Assembly: GCA_963826115.1 (NCBI GenBank)
Contig: CAWGVS010000005.1
Location: forward strand, 512,001 to 576,000
Length of the DNA: 64,000 nucleotides
Reading direction: 5' to 3'
DNA from: an uncultured Candidatus Rokubacteria bacterium
Lineage (GTDB): Bacteria; Methylomirabilota; Methylomirabilia; Rokubacteriales; DASRDR01
Numbering within the stretch: the first letter of the stretch is position 1; the number at the start of each line of letters is the position of its first letter. Both the position numbers and the translations under genes were made by a program. Shown piece by piece: positions 10,599 to 19,534 of this stretch. Below the pieces are notes generated by a model. It had not been told where the DNA came from and searched no databases. It saw only the letters and a list, made by a program, of their open reading frames with translations.

Positions 10599-10672
10599 AT
10601 GAGGCGGCGCGAGCGCTCGGCGTGAAGATTCCGCCGACCTTGCTCGCGCGGGCCGACGAGGCCATCGAGTAG
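10599..10672 (+). pseudogene. Collapsed remnant of a PF04392-type ABC substrate-binding protein gene
   Basis: Reads MRRRE in one frame and ARALGVKIPPTLLARADEAIE-stop in another; these match the typical N- and C-termini of that family as I recall them. Confidence 0.65.
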
Positions 10673-10725
10673 CCGCCACGGCCGCGAACGGCCGCGTCCG
10701 ATCGGGCGGGTGATACGATGCCTCC

Positions 10726-11577
10726 GTGTACGGCACGCCGCCCGCGCCGTATCCCCGCCGCGTCGTCTGCCTGACCTCGGAGACGACCGAGATCGCGTTC
10801 GCCGTCGGCGCGGGTGACCGCGTCGTGGGGGTGCCCGGCACCGCGCGGCGCCCGCCTGAAGCGCGCCGCCTCCCGAAGGTGGGGGGGTTCACCACGTTCC
10901 GTCTCGACCGGATCGTGGAGCTCGCGCCCGATCTCGTCCTCGCGTTCTCCGACCTGCAGGCGGACGTCGTGAGGGATGTCGTGAAGGCCGGGATCCCCGT
11001 CCTGGCGCTGAACCAGCGCAGCCTCGCGGAGATCTTCCAGGCGATCCTCGTGATCGGCGGCGTGCTCGGGTGCGAGGCCGCGGCCCGCGGCGTCGTCGGC
11101 GACGTCCAGGACGAGATCCGCCAGGTGCGAGAGTTCTCCAGCGTGTGGCCAGACCGGCCACGGGTGTACTTCGAGGAGTGGGGCGACCCGCCGATCTCGG
11201 GGATCCGCTGGGTGTCGGAGCTGATCGAGATCGCCGGGGGGCAGGACGTGTTCCCGGAGCTCCGCGAGATCCACCACGCGCCGGGGCGGGTCGTGGACCC
11301 GGCCGACGTGGTGCGGCGGAACCCGGAGATCATCGTCGCCTCGTGGTGCGGGAAGCCGGTCGATCTCGAGGCCATCCGGTCCCGGCCGGGATGGAGCGCC
11401 GTCTCCGCGGTCCGTAGCGGCCGCGTGTACGCCGTCCCGTCGGACGACCTCCTGTCGCCGGGCCCCTCGATCGTCAGGGGTCTCCGGGCCCTCCACGAGC
11501 TCGTCCAGGCGTGCGTGGCCGGGGAAGCGCCGGATTCAACCGCCCTCTCACCCGACGACTCCGATGACGAGGGCTAA
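10726..11577 (+). CDS. BtuF-like helical-backbone cobalamin/metal-binding protein without signal peptide
   Basis: PRRVVCLTSETTE, PDLVLAFSDLQ, PRVYFEEW, IIVASWCGK, LSPGP. Confidence 0.8.
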   Translation: MYGTPPAPYPRRVVCLTSETTEIAFAVGAGDRVVGVPGTARRPPEARRLPKVGGFTTFRLDRIVELAPDLVLAFSDLQADVVRDVVKAGIPVLALNQRSLAEIFQAILVIGGVLGCEAAARGVVGDVQDEIRQVREFSSVWPDRPRVYFEEWGDPPISGIRWVSELIEIAGGQDVFPELREIHHAPGRVVDPADVVRRNPEIIVASWCGKPVDLEAIRSRPGWSAVSAVRSGRVYAVPSDDLLSPGPSIVRGLRALHELVQACVAGEAPDSTALSPDDSDDEG

Positions 11578-11697
11578 CTACCAGACATTGCGCAACAAGC
11601 TCGCGCGCCTACCGCGAGGATCGGGTCGGCTCCCGACGCCGGGTGATAGCATGAGGGAGCTTCGTGTTTCCCGACACCCCGGACCCGGGAGACCCCC

Positions 11698-13146
11698 ATG
11701 ACGACCACCACGACGCTTGCCCGGCCGGAGCGGTTCTTCGCGGACCGCTACGGTCTGACCCAGGCCCGCCTGGAGGCCCTGGTCGGCTCCGCCGCCAGCC
11801 GGGTCGACTACGCCGACGTCTTCATCGAGTACCAGGTCTCCGAGGAACTGGTCCTCGAGGACGGGGTCGTCAAGAAGGCGTCTCGCACGATCAGTCAGGG
11901 CGGGGGAGTGCGGGCCCAGGCCGGGGTGCGTACGGGCTACGCGTACACGGACGACCTCGACATCCGTCACCTCGAGGTCGCGGCGCGACAGGCCCAGGCG
12001 ATCGCCGAGCACCCGAGCGAGACCGGTCCGGTCGCGGTCCACGCGGCCCCCCGGCCCCACGACCTCTACCGGGTCGCCCTGGCTCCGGTGGACGCCGACC
12101 TCGCCGCCAAGGTGGCGCTCCTCGGTCAGGTGGACCGCATGGCCCGGGCCCAGGACTCCCGCGTCCGCCAGGTCATCGCCACGCTGGTCTCGCTCGAGCA
12201 GACCGTGCTCATCGCGACGTCCGCGGACTGGCAGCTGGCTGACGTCCGGCCGCTGACCCGCCTGAACCTGACCGTGGTCGTCCAGGACGGCAGCCGCCGC
12301 GAGGTGGGCACCTTCGGCGGCGGCGGTCGAGTCGCCTTCGACTACTTCGTGCAGGAGGACCGGTGGGCGCGCTTCGCGCGGGAGGCTGCGCGTCAGGCGC
12401 TCGTCAAGCTCAACGCGGTCGCGGCACCGGCGGGAGCCATGACCGTCGTCCTCGGGCCCGGCTGGCCCGGCATCCTCCTCCACGAGGCCATTGGCCACGG
12501 GCTCGAGGGGGACTTCAACCGGAAGGGCGTGTCGGCGTTCAGCGGCCGCGTGGGCGAGCGGGTGGCGTCCGACCTCGTCACGGTCGTCGACGACGGGACC
12601 CTGCCGAACCGCCGGGGCTCGCTCAACGTCGACGACGAGGGGACGCCGACCAGCCGCACCGTGCTCATCGAGAACGGCGTGCTGCGCGGGTACATGCAGG
12701 ACCGCCTCAACGCGCGACTGCTCGGAACGGGGCTGACCGGCAACGGCCGGCGCGAGTCGTTCCAGCACCCACCCATGCCGCGCATGACGAACACGTTCAT
12801 GCTGGCCGGCGAGGAGCCGCCCGAGGACATCCTGCGCTCGGTGTCGCGGGGGCTCTACGCGGTGGCGTTCGGCGGCGGGCAAGTGGACATCACGAGCGGG
12901 AAGTTCGTGTTCTCCGCGAGCGAGGCCTACCTGATCGAGGACGGTCGCGTCACTGCGCCGGTCAAGGGCGCGACCCTCATCGGGTCCGGCCCGGACGCGC
13001 TCACCCGCGTCACCCGGGTCGGCCACGACCTGGCCCTCGACGAGGGCGTGGGCACCTGCGGCAAGGACGGCCAGTCCGTGCCGGTCGGGGTGGGCCTGCC
13101 GACCATCCGCATCGACGGCATCACCGTCGGCGGCACCGAGGTCTAG
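11698..13146 (+). CDS. tldD: Metalloprotease TldD
   Basis: GILLHEAIGHGLEGDFNRK, DDEG, PRMTNT, GTCGKDGQSVPVGVG. Confidence 0.96.
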   Translation: MTTTTTLARPERFFADRYGLTQARLEALVGSAASRVDYADVFIEYQVSEELVLEDGVVKKASRTISQGGGVRAQAGVRTGYAYTDDLDIRHLEVAARQAQAIAEHPSETGPVAVHAAPRPHDLYRVALAPVDADLAAKVALLGQVDRMARAQDSRVRQVIATLVSLEQTVLIATSADWQLADVRPLTRLNLTVVVQDGSRREVGTFGGGGRVAFDYFVQEDRWARFAREAARQALVKLNAVAAPAGAMTVVLGPGWPGILLHEAIGHGLEGDFNRKGVSAFSGRVGERVASDLVTVVDDGTLPNRRGSLNVDDEGTPTSRTVLIENGVLRGYMQDRLNARLLGTGLTGNGRRESFQHPPMPRMTNTFMLAGEEPPEDILRSVSRGLYAVAFGGGQVDITSGKFVFSASEAYLIEDGRVTAPVKGATLIGSGPDALTRVTRVGHDLALDEGVGTCGKDGQSVPVGVGLPTIRIDGITVGGTEV

Positions 13147-13149
13147 CCG

Positions 13150-14526
13150 GTGGCGGGACAGGTCCTCGCGCCGGGCGCCGACCAGGCGATGCTCGACCGG
13201 CTCGACGATCTCCTCCGACGGGCCCGGGCGGGGGGCGCGATCGAGGCCGACGCCTTCATGGTGGAGGAGGAGCTCCAGACCGTGCAGGTGCGGCTCGGCA
13301 CGGTCGAGTCCCTGAAGCACGCCCGGGAGAACCGCTGCTCCCTCCGGATCTTCACCGAGTCCGGCTCCGCATCCGCCACGACCTCGGACCTTTCCCCGGG
13401 CGCGCTGGCTCGCCTCGTGGACGAGAGCGTGCGTCTCGCGCAGGTGGCGCGGCGCGACGAGCACTCGGGGCTGCCCGCTCGGGAGGCGCTCGCCCGAGAC
13501 GTCACCGACCTCGGGCTCTGGGACGCGGACGGCCACGCGATGGACGTCGAGGACAAGATCGACTGGGCCCGCCGCGCGGAGGCGGCTGCCCTCGAGTCCG
13601 ACGGGCGCATCCGGAACTCCGAGGGCGCCGAGTTCTACGATCGCCAGGGGCGGGTCGCGTACGCGTCGAGCGGAGGGTTCGCCGGCGGCTTCCGCGTGTC
13701 GACGTTCGCGCTGTCGGTGACGCCAGTCGCCTCGGACGACGGCGACATGGAGCGCGACTACTGGTACACCTCGGCGCGGCGCCTCGCGGACCTCGAGTCC
13801 CCCGAGGCAGTCGGGCGCGAGGCGGCCCGGCGGGCCGTGCGCCGCCTGGGCGGGCGCAAGGGCAAGACCGTGGAGGTTCCGGTGGTCTTCGATCCCGAGA
13901 CGGCCGCGAGCCTCGTCCGCGCCGTGGCGCTGGCCGCGTCGGGCCCGAGCCTCTACCGGGGGACCTCGTTTCTCGTCGGCCAGCGCGGGAGCGCCGTCGC
14001 GTCGCCTCGCGTCACGATCGTGGACGACCCGACGATTCCGCAGGGGCTCGGCTCCCGACCCTTCGACGGCGAGGGCCTGCCGAGCCGGCGGACCGTGCTG
14101 GTGGACCAGGGCGTCCTGTCGAGCTATCTCCTCGACACCTACAGCGCGCGCCGGCTCGGGCTCGAGGCGACGGGGCACGCCGCCCGCGAGGGCGGCGGGG
14201 GAGTGACGGTGGCGCACACGAACCTCTACCTCGAGCCCGGTCCCTGGGCGCCCGAGGAGATCCTGCGGTCCGTCGACCGCGGCCTCTACGTGACCGAGCT
14301 GATCGGGTTCGGCGTGAACTTCGTCACCGGCGACTACTCCCGCGGCGCCGTCGGGTTCTGGATCGAGGACGGCGAGCTCGCGTACCCCGTCGAGGAGATC
14401 ACCGTCGCCGGGAACCTGCGGCAGATGCTGCGGGACGTCGAGATGGTCGGGCGTGACCTGGCGTTCCGCGACCAGACCGCCGCCCCCACGCTGAAGGTCG
14501 CCCGCCTGACCGTCGCCGGCCAGTAG
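13150..14526 (+). CDS. pmbA: TldE/PmbA subunit
   Basis: MERDYWY, SRPFDGEG, TGDYSRGAVGFWIE.GE..YPVEEITVAGN; follows tldD. Confidence 0.94.
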   Translation: MAGQVLAPGADQAMLDRLDDLLRRARAGGAIEADAFMVEEELQTVQVRLGTVESLKHARENRCSLRIFTESGSASATTSDLSPGALARLVDESVRLAQVARRDEHSGLPAREALARDVTDLGLWDADGHAMDVEDKIDWARRAEAAALESDGRIRNSEGAEFYDRQGRVAYASSGGFAGGFRVSTFALSVTPVASDDGDMERDYWYTSARRLADLESPEAVGREAARRAVRRLGGRKGKTVEVPVVFDPETAASLVRAVALAASGPSLYRGTSFLVGQRGSAVASPRVTIVDDPTIPQGLGSRPFDGEGLPSRRTVLVDQGVLSSYLLDTYSARRLGLEATGHAAREGGGGVTVAHTNLYLEPGPWAPEEILRSVDRGLYVTELIGFGVNFVTGDYSRGAVGFWIEDGELAYPVEEITVAGNLRQMLRDVEMVGRDLAFRDQTAAPTLKVARLTVAGQ

Positions 14527-14607
14527 CCCTCCGGCCCCCCTTCCGTCGACGCGCGCCCCGGGGCCAGCGCTTCGAGACACGGACGCAGGTCGAGTATCCT
14601 GAGCGCG

Positions 14608-16038
14608 ATGCCGACGGCCCTGACGCCCGCCGCCGCCTCGGAGGCGAACGACCAGCTCATCGACGCGCGCCTCATCCGGGGCTGGCTCCTCTGGGGCTTC
14701 TTCTGGCTCATGTTCGCGCCGACGGTCGGCGTCCTGATCTCGACGAAGTTCAACTACCCCGACTTCCTGGGCACGTCCGCGTGGTCGACGTTCGGCCGGC
14801 TCCGGCCCGTGCACGTGAACGGCGTCATCTTCGGCGCCTTCTCGACGCTGTTCATGGGGCTCGCGTACTACATCACGCCGCGCCTCTGCGGCGTGCCCGT
14901 CTGGAACGGCCGCTGGGGCTACGCGCTCCTGTGGGTCTGGAACCTGAACCTCGTCGCCGCGTTCCTGGGGGTCGTGCTGTTCGGCGGCAATCGCGGGTGG
15001 GAGGCGGGCGAGCTGCCGCTGTGGAACGTCCTCGTCGTCACCGCGGTCCTGCTGGCGGCGACCGTCCAGATGCTGATGACGATCGCCGGGCGGCGACACG
15101 TGCCCCTCTACGTGAGCATGTGGTACCTGATCGGCGCCCTGGTCTGGACCTGCATCAACCTGGTGCTCCTGATCGTCGGGCCGTACCACACGGTGCCGGG
15201 CATCAACAACGCGGCCCTCCACGGCCTCTACATCCACTACGTCGTGGGACTCTGGATCACGCCCGCGGGGTACGTCCTCATCTACTTCTTCCTGGCGGCG
15301 TCCATCCGCGCCCCCATCTACAGCCACCGGCTGTCGCTCATCGGGTTCTGGTCGCTCGCGTTCTTCTATCCCTTCGTCGGGATCCACCACTACCTGTTCA
15401 GCCCGATCGCGGACTGGGCGGAGACGATCGCCATCGTCTCGTCGATGATGCTCATCATCCCGGTGTGGACCGTGCTCCAGAACTTCTTCGGCACCATGAT
15501 CGGCCACTGGCAGGGCTTCGGCCGAAACCTGACGGCCAAGTTCCTGATCATGGGGTCGATCATGTATCTCATCGGCTGCTTCCAGGGATCGACGGAGGCG
15601 CTCCGGTCGATCCAGGAGCCCACCCATTTCACGGACTTCGTCATCGCGCACTCGCACCTCACGGTGTTCGGGACGTTCGTCGTCTGGGCGATCGGCGGGT
15701 CGGTGTACGTGTGGCCGCGTCTGTGCGGGCGGGAGCTGTGGAGTTTCCGCCTCGGGAACTGGAGCTTCTGGCTGATCACGCTCGGGATCTCCACCATGGG
15801 GCTCGTCCTCACCGCCCAGGGCCTCCAGCAGGGCTTCATGCTCATGGCGCGGGCGGAGTGGGTGGACACCGTGGTGACCATGAAGCCGTTCTGGCTCGTG
15901 CGCACCCTGTCGGGGATCTCGATGGACGTGGGGATCTCACTCCTGGTCTACAACTTCATGCGGACCGCGCTCGAGCCCGGGCCGGCGCCGGCCGGACGCG
16001 GCGTCCCCGTGCCGGGCCAGACCCCGGCGAGGGCGTGA
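14608..16038 (+). CDS. ccoN: cbb3-type (C-family-like) heme-copper oxidase subunit I
   Basis: About 12 TM helices; FGRLRPVH, LYIHYVVGLWIT, YPFVGIHH, THFTDFVIAHSH supply all six His ligands plus the helix VII Tyr. Confidence 0.88.
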   Translation: MPTALTPAAASEANDQLIDARLIRGWLLWGFFWLMFAPTVGVLISTKFNYPDFLGTSAWSTFGRLRPVHVNGVIFGAFSTLFMGLAYYITPRLCGVPVWNGRWGYALLWVWNLNLVAAFLGVVLFGGNRGWEAGELPLWNVLVVTAVLLAATVQMLMTIAGRRHVPLYVSMWYLIGALVWTCINLVLLIVGPYHTVPGINNAALHGLYIHYVVGLWITPAGYVLIYFFLAASIRAPIYSHRLSLIGFWSLAFFYPFVGIHHYLFSPIADWAETIAIVSSMMLIIPVWTVLQNFFGTMIGHWQGFGRNLTAKFLIMGSIMYLIGCFQGSTEALRSIQEPTHFTDFVIAHSHLTVFGTFVVWAIGGSVYVWPRLCGRELWSFRLGNWSFWLITLGISTMGLVLTAQGLQQGFMLMARAEWVDTVVTMKPFWLVRTLSGISMDVGISLLVYNFMRTALEPGPAPAGRGVPVPGQTPARA

Positions 16039-16039
16039 C

Positions 16040-17680
16040 GTGAAGGCCTACGTCCTGGGCGCGGGCTTCGTCTGCATCTCGCTGGCGATCTTCGTCCAGG
16101 GGATCCTGCCCATCCTGATCCCCGAATCCCGGGAGACGCGGGCGACGCGCGCGGTGCGCACGGAGCTGGGCCAGGTCAAGTGGGTGTGGTACGAGTCGTC
16201 GCCGTACACCCCGCTCGAGCAGCTCGGGCGGAACGTGTACCAGCGCGAGGGCTGCTGGTACTGCCACAGCCAGTACGTGCGGCCCGTGGCCGGCGAGGAG
16301 ATGCGGTGGGGGCCGGTGTCCCAGGTCGGCGAGTACGCGCACGACTGGCCGCACCTTCTGTCGACGCGCCGCATCGGACCGGATCTGACGCGGGTGGGTT
16401 TGAAGTACGGGGACGCCTGGCACTACGCCCACCACTGGGTGCCGACTGCGCTCGTCCCGGACTCGGTGATGCCGAGCTTCCGGTGGCTCTACCGGACCGC
16501 GCAGGTTGCCGTGGTCGACAAGGACGGCGAGCCGGCGCTCGGAGACAGTCCCGCGCTCCGCGGGCTGTTCACGGGGCGCGCGGACCGGCCGCTCCCGCTC
16601 CACCCGAATCCCGAGGGCCTGGCGTTCTCCCGCGAGACCGACGGCGCCCCGGTCCTCGAGATCAAGAACCTGCCGGAGCCCTACGACAAGCTCGCGGCCT
16701 GGAAGGACAAGACCCTGACGGTGATCGTGCCGACCGAGGAGCTCAAGGGCCTCGTCGCCTACATCCAGAAGCTCGGCACGAACCGCGGCGCCTGGCGCGA
16801 CGTGTTCGAGCCTCAGACCCTCTCGGCCAGCGTGATGACCATCCCGCGGACGACGGAGCAGGAGGCGCTCGGCAAGGCCGTCTATGGGCGCCGGTGCGTC
16901 GGGTGCCACGGGCCGAATGGCGACGGGAACGGCCCGGTGGCGACCTTCCTCGACCCGCGACCGCGAGACTTCCGGCTGGGAGCCTTCAAGTTCCGGACGA
17001 CCCCGTCCGGCTCCTTGCCGACGGACGGCGATCTCTACCGCACGCTCACGCGTGGCCTCCGCTACACGGCCATGCCCACCTGGCACGAGCTGCCCGAGAA
17101 GGACCGGATCTCGGTCATCAGCTACATCAAGACGTTCTCCACGCGCTGGACCGAGGAGAAGCCCGATCCCTCGATCCCCATCGGCGACCCGCCCAAGGCG
17201 ACGCGAGAGCTCCTGGCGCAGGGGAAGGAGCTCTACGCCGCGGCCAAGTGCTTCCAGTGCCACGGGCCGGGCGGCAAGGGCGACGGACCCTCGGCCGGCG
17301 AGCTGACCGACGACTGGGGGTTCAAGATCCTGCCGATCGACTTTACGCGGGGGCAGTTCAAGGGCGGGGCGGACGTCCGGGACGTGTTCCGGACCATGAC
17401 CACCGGGCTCGACGGGACACCCATGCCGTCCTTCGCCGACTCCATGAGCGAGGCGGAGCGCTGGGCGATCAGCTACTACGTGCTGTCGTTCTCGGCATTC
17501 AACGACCCGCGGACGGGCGAGAAGCTGAAGCTCGACCCGGCGATCCAGGCGCGGCTCGACGACGCGGCCGGCGAGGCGTACGGGAGCTCCCGGCTCGCCC
17601 TCGATCCGTCCGCTCCCCTCGAGACCGCGCCCAAGGCCCTGGTCCGCTTCCACAAAGGCATGGTGGGCGAGGGGCGCTGA
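16040..17680 (+). CDS. ccoO: CcoO subunit II fused to two further cytochrome c domains (triheme)
   Basis: GRNVYQREGCWYCHSQYVRP, RRIGPDLTRVG, SVMPSF; additional CVGCH...MPTW and CFQCH...MPSF. Confidence 0.88.
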   Translation: MKAYVLGAGFVCISLAIFVQGILPILIPESRETRATRAVRTELGQVKWVWYESSPYTPLEQLGRNVYQREGCWYCHSQYVRPVAGEEMRWGPVSQVGEYAHDWPHLLSTRRIGPDLTRVGLKYGDAWHYAHHWVPTALVPDSVMPSFRWLYRTAQVAVVDKDGEPALGDSPALRGLFTGRADRPLPLHPNPEGLAFSRETDGAPVLEIKNLPEPYDKLAAWKDKTLTVIVPTEELKGLVAYIQKLGTNRGAWRDVFEPQTLSASVMTIPRTTEQEALGKAVYGRRCVGCHGPNGDGNGPVATFLDPRPRDFRLGAFKFRTTPSGSLPTDGDLYRTLTRGLRYTAMPTWHELPEKDRISVISYIKTFSTRWTEEKPDPSIPIGDPPKATRELLAQGKELYAAAKCFQCHGPGGKGDGPSAGELTDDWGFKILPIDFTRGQFKGGADVRDVFRTMTTGLDGTPMPSFADSMSEAERWAISYYVLSFSAFNDPRTGEKLKLDPAIQARLDDAAGEAYGSSRLALDPSAPLETAPKALVRFHKGMVGEGR

Positions 17681-17705
17681 CGGCGCCCGCGCCAGGGGAG
17701 ACCCG

Positions 17706-17879
17706 ATGCAGGAGCTGATCGCGCTCGTCGCCGGCGAGTTCGCGGTGTCCATCTTCATGGGCCTGGCGGCGCTCTGCCTGTTCCTCTGGGGGGCCATGTC
17801 GGGGCTCTTGACCGACGTCGAGGCGGTGAAGTACCAGGTGCTGAGGAGCGAGGGGATCGACGATGACGGACCACGGTGA
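17706..17879 (+). CDS. ccoS: CcoS/FixS-like cbb3 oxidase maturation protein (57 aa, absent from ORF track)
   Basis: GGGGAG RBS; MQELIALVAGEFAVSIFMGLAALCLFLWGAMSGLLTDVEAVKYQVL..., one TM helix followed by FLW...SG...D.E...+..L pattern. Confidence 0.72.
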   Translation: MQELIALVAGEFAVSIFMGLAALCLFLWGAMSGLLTDVEAVKYQVLRSEGIDDDGPR

Positions 17880-18078
17880 CGCAACCCGGCGTGAGGACGT
17901 GATCGCGCAGCACGAGCGGCGGCGGGGCCCCATCGAGGAGTACGGCGACGGCGAGGTGCGCGCCTACCACGGGCTCGTGAACCGGTGGCTGCTCGCCGTG
18001 TACGCGGTCCTCGGCGTCTGGGGGATCTACTACCTCTTCCGGTACTGGGGCGGCCTGGGGCCGGGGCTGGCGCGATGA
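17863..18078 (+). CDS. Small membrane protein resembling the N-terminal anchor of CcoP (FixP_N)
   Basis: IEEY...NRWLLAVYAVLGVWGIYYL resembles CcoP IEEYDNPLP.WW..F...I.W...Y; overlaps ccoS. Confidence 0.6.
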   Translation: MTDHGDATRREDVIAQHERRRGPIEEYGDGEVRAYHGLVNRWLLAVYAVLGVWGIYYLFRYWGGLGPGLAR

Positions 18079-18182
18079 TGGCCGTGCGTCTCCTCCTCGC
18101 GCTGGCGCTCCTGAACCTCCTGATCCTCCTGAGCGACGGTCTCTACAACGTGTTCGGGGGCTTCTTCCCGCCGCTGCGGTAA
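18075..18182 (+). CDS. 35-aa single-TM microprotein MMAVRLLLALALLNLLILLSDGLYNVFGGFFPPLR
   Basis: ATGA overlap with upstream stop; GC3-rich codons; hydrophobic. Confidence 0.55.
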   Translation: MMAVRLLLALALLNLLILLSDGLYNVFGGFFPPLR

Positions 18183-18191
18183 GGGGGCGCC

Positions 18192-18284
18192 GTGTCGGGC
18201 ATCGAGAAGCTCGCCTTCGCGCTCTTCCTCGGGGGCACCGTGGTCTTCTTCGTCTGGGTAGCAATCCTGACGATCCGAAAGTAA
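18192..18284 (+). CDS. 30-aa single-TM microprotein MSGIEKLAFALFLGGTVVFFVWVAILTIRK
   Basis: AAGGGGG RBS, GTG start, TAA stop, one TM helix with basic C-terminus. Confidence 0.55.
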   Translation: MSGIEKLAFALFLGGTVVFFVWVAILTIRK

Positions 18285-18313
18285 CCTGCCGGCATGCGGC
18301 TGAGGCGAGACCC

Positions 18314-18709
18314 GTGACGGCCGGATGGGGCGTCCTGCCTCTCCGCCTCGTGGTCGGGCTCGTCTTCGTCGTCCACGGCGCCCAGAAGCTCTTCGTCTTT
18401 GGGCTCGCGGGGACCTCCGGGTTCCTGGGCAGTCTGGGCGTCCCGCTGCCTCCGGTCGTGGCGGTGGGCCTGATCGCGGCCGAGATCGTCGGCGGTCTCG
18501 CCCTCATCGTTGGCGCGTGGACGCGGCTCGCGGCCGCGCTCCTCGCCGCCGACATGCTGGTGGCCCTCCTCGCCGTGCACGCGCGCGGAGGCTTCTTCGT
18601 CCCGGACGGCGTGGAGTTCGTGCTGACGCTCCTCGGCGGGTGCCTCGCGTTGATCGGGCTCGGGGCGGGGCCGTGGTCCGTGGACGCGGCCGTCCGCGGG
18701 AAGGACTGA
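18314..18709 (+). CDS. DoxX family membrane protein
   Basis: LRLVVGLVFVVHGAQKL, EIVGG, VH..GGFF...GVEF, GAGPWSVD. Confidence 0.9.
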   Translation: MTAGWGVLPLRLVVGLVFVVHGAQKLFVFGLAGTSGFLGSLGVPLPPVVAVGLIAAEIVGGLALIVGAWTRLAAALLAADMLVALLAVHARGGFFVPDGVEFVLTLLGGCLALIGLGAGPWSVDAAVRGKD

Positions 18710-18742
18710 AGCGGCGAAGCGCCGGCCCTGAGCGCCGGGCGG

Positions 18743-19534
18743 TCAGCCCCGCGCCTGCCGGAGTCCCTCGACCGCGTCCTCGTAGCCGGGCTGGAGGGCG
18801 AGCGCCCGCTCGAAGGCGGCGCGTGCGCGTGAGCGGTCGCCCAGCCGGAGGTGGCACCAGCCGAGGCCGTTGTAGAGCCCGGCGCCCTGCGGCGCGGCGC
18901 GGAGCGCCCGCTCGAACGCCTCGAGCGCCTCGACGTGCCGGCCGACGTAGTAGAGGCTCCAGGCCAGGCGCGCGCGCGCCGCGGCGGCGTCCCGCACCTC
19001 CCGGCCCACGACCGTGGCCATGCCGCGCAGGGCGCGATCGAGCGGCGCCAGGGCCTCCTCGTAGCGCCCGAGCTCGAAGAGGGCGGTGCCGAGGCCGATC
19101 AGCGCGTCCCCGCCGTCGGGCGCGAGGTCGAGCGCCGACTGGAACGCCTCGATCGCTAGGTGATAGCGGCCGAGCCGGAGCCGGCTCCACCCGAGCCCGT
19201 CGTAGAGTCCCTCCCACGTGGGCTGGCGTCGAAGCGCCGCCTTGAACTCGATGGCGGCCGCGCGGAACTCGCCGAGGTGGTAGTGGGACCAGCCGAGAAG
19301 CGCGCGCGCCTCGTCGTTCGCCTCGTCGAGGGTCACCGCTTCGAGGAGACGATCCCGCGCCGCCGCGTAGTCGCGCGCCTCGTAGTAGACGCGGCCCTGC
19401 CGGAGGTGCGACTGCGACTCCATCCCTCGACGGAGGCCGCCGAGCGGCCCCTGCGCGGGAGCGACCGGCGCGAGTGCCAACAGGAGCAGCGCTGCCAGCA
19501 GGGTGGCGCTGCGGGTGCGTCTAGGGGCGCGCAC
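18743..19534 (-). CDS. Secreted tetratricopeptide repeat protein
   Basis: Signal peptide (…APVAPA-Q); about 6 TPR units with LGWS/LAWS/LGWC; overlaps upstream gene by 14 bp. Confidence 0.85.
   Translation of the reverse strand: MRAPRRTRSATLLAALLLLALAPVAPAQGPLGGLRRGMESQSHLRQGRVYYEARDYAAARDRLLEAVTLDEANDEARALLGWSHYHLGEFRAAAIEFKAALRRQPTWEGLYDGLGWSRLRLGRYHLAIEAFQSALDLAPDGGDALIGLGTALFELGRYEEALAPLDRALRGMATVVGREVRDAAAARARLAWSLYYVGRHVEALEAFERALRAAPQGAGLYNGLGWCHLRLGDRSRARAAFERALALQPGYEDAVEGLRQARG

Noticed and set aside
11698-14526. RiPP cluster around the first tldD-pmbA pair
   Set aside because: No precursor peptide, YcaO or other modification enzyme nearby; looks like the housekeeping pair
14527-14607. 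FNR/Anr box upstream of ccoN
   Set aside because: No TTGAT-N4-ATCAA visible
11578-15657. 1359-aa minus-strand ORF and the many other long antisense or alternate-frame ORFs in the track
   Set aside because: Shadows of real genes; stop codons are rare at this GC content and the translations carry no motifs
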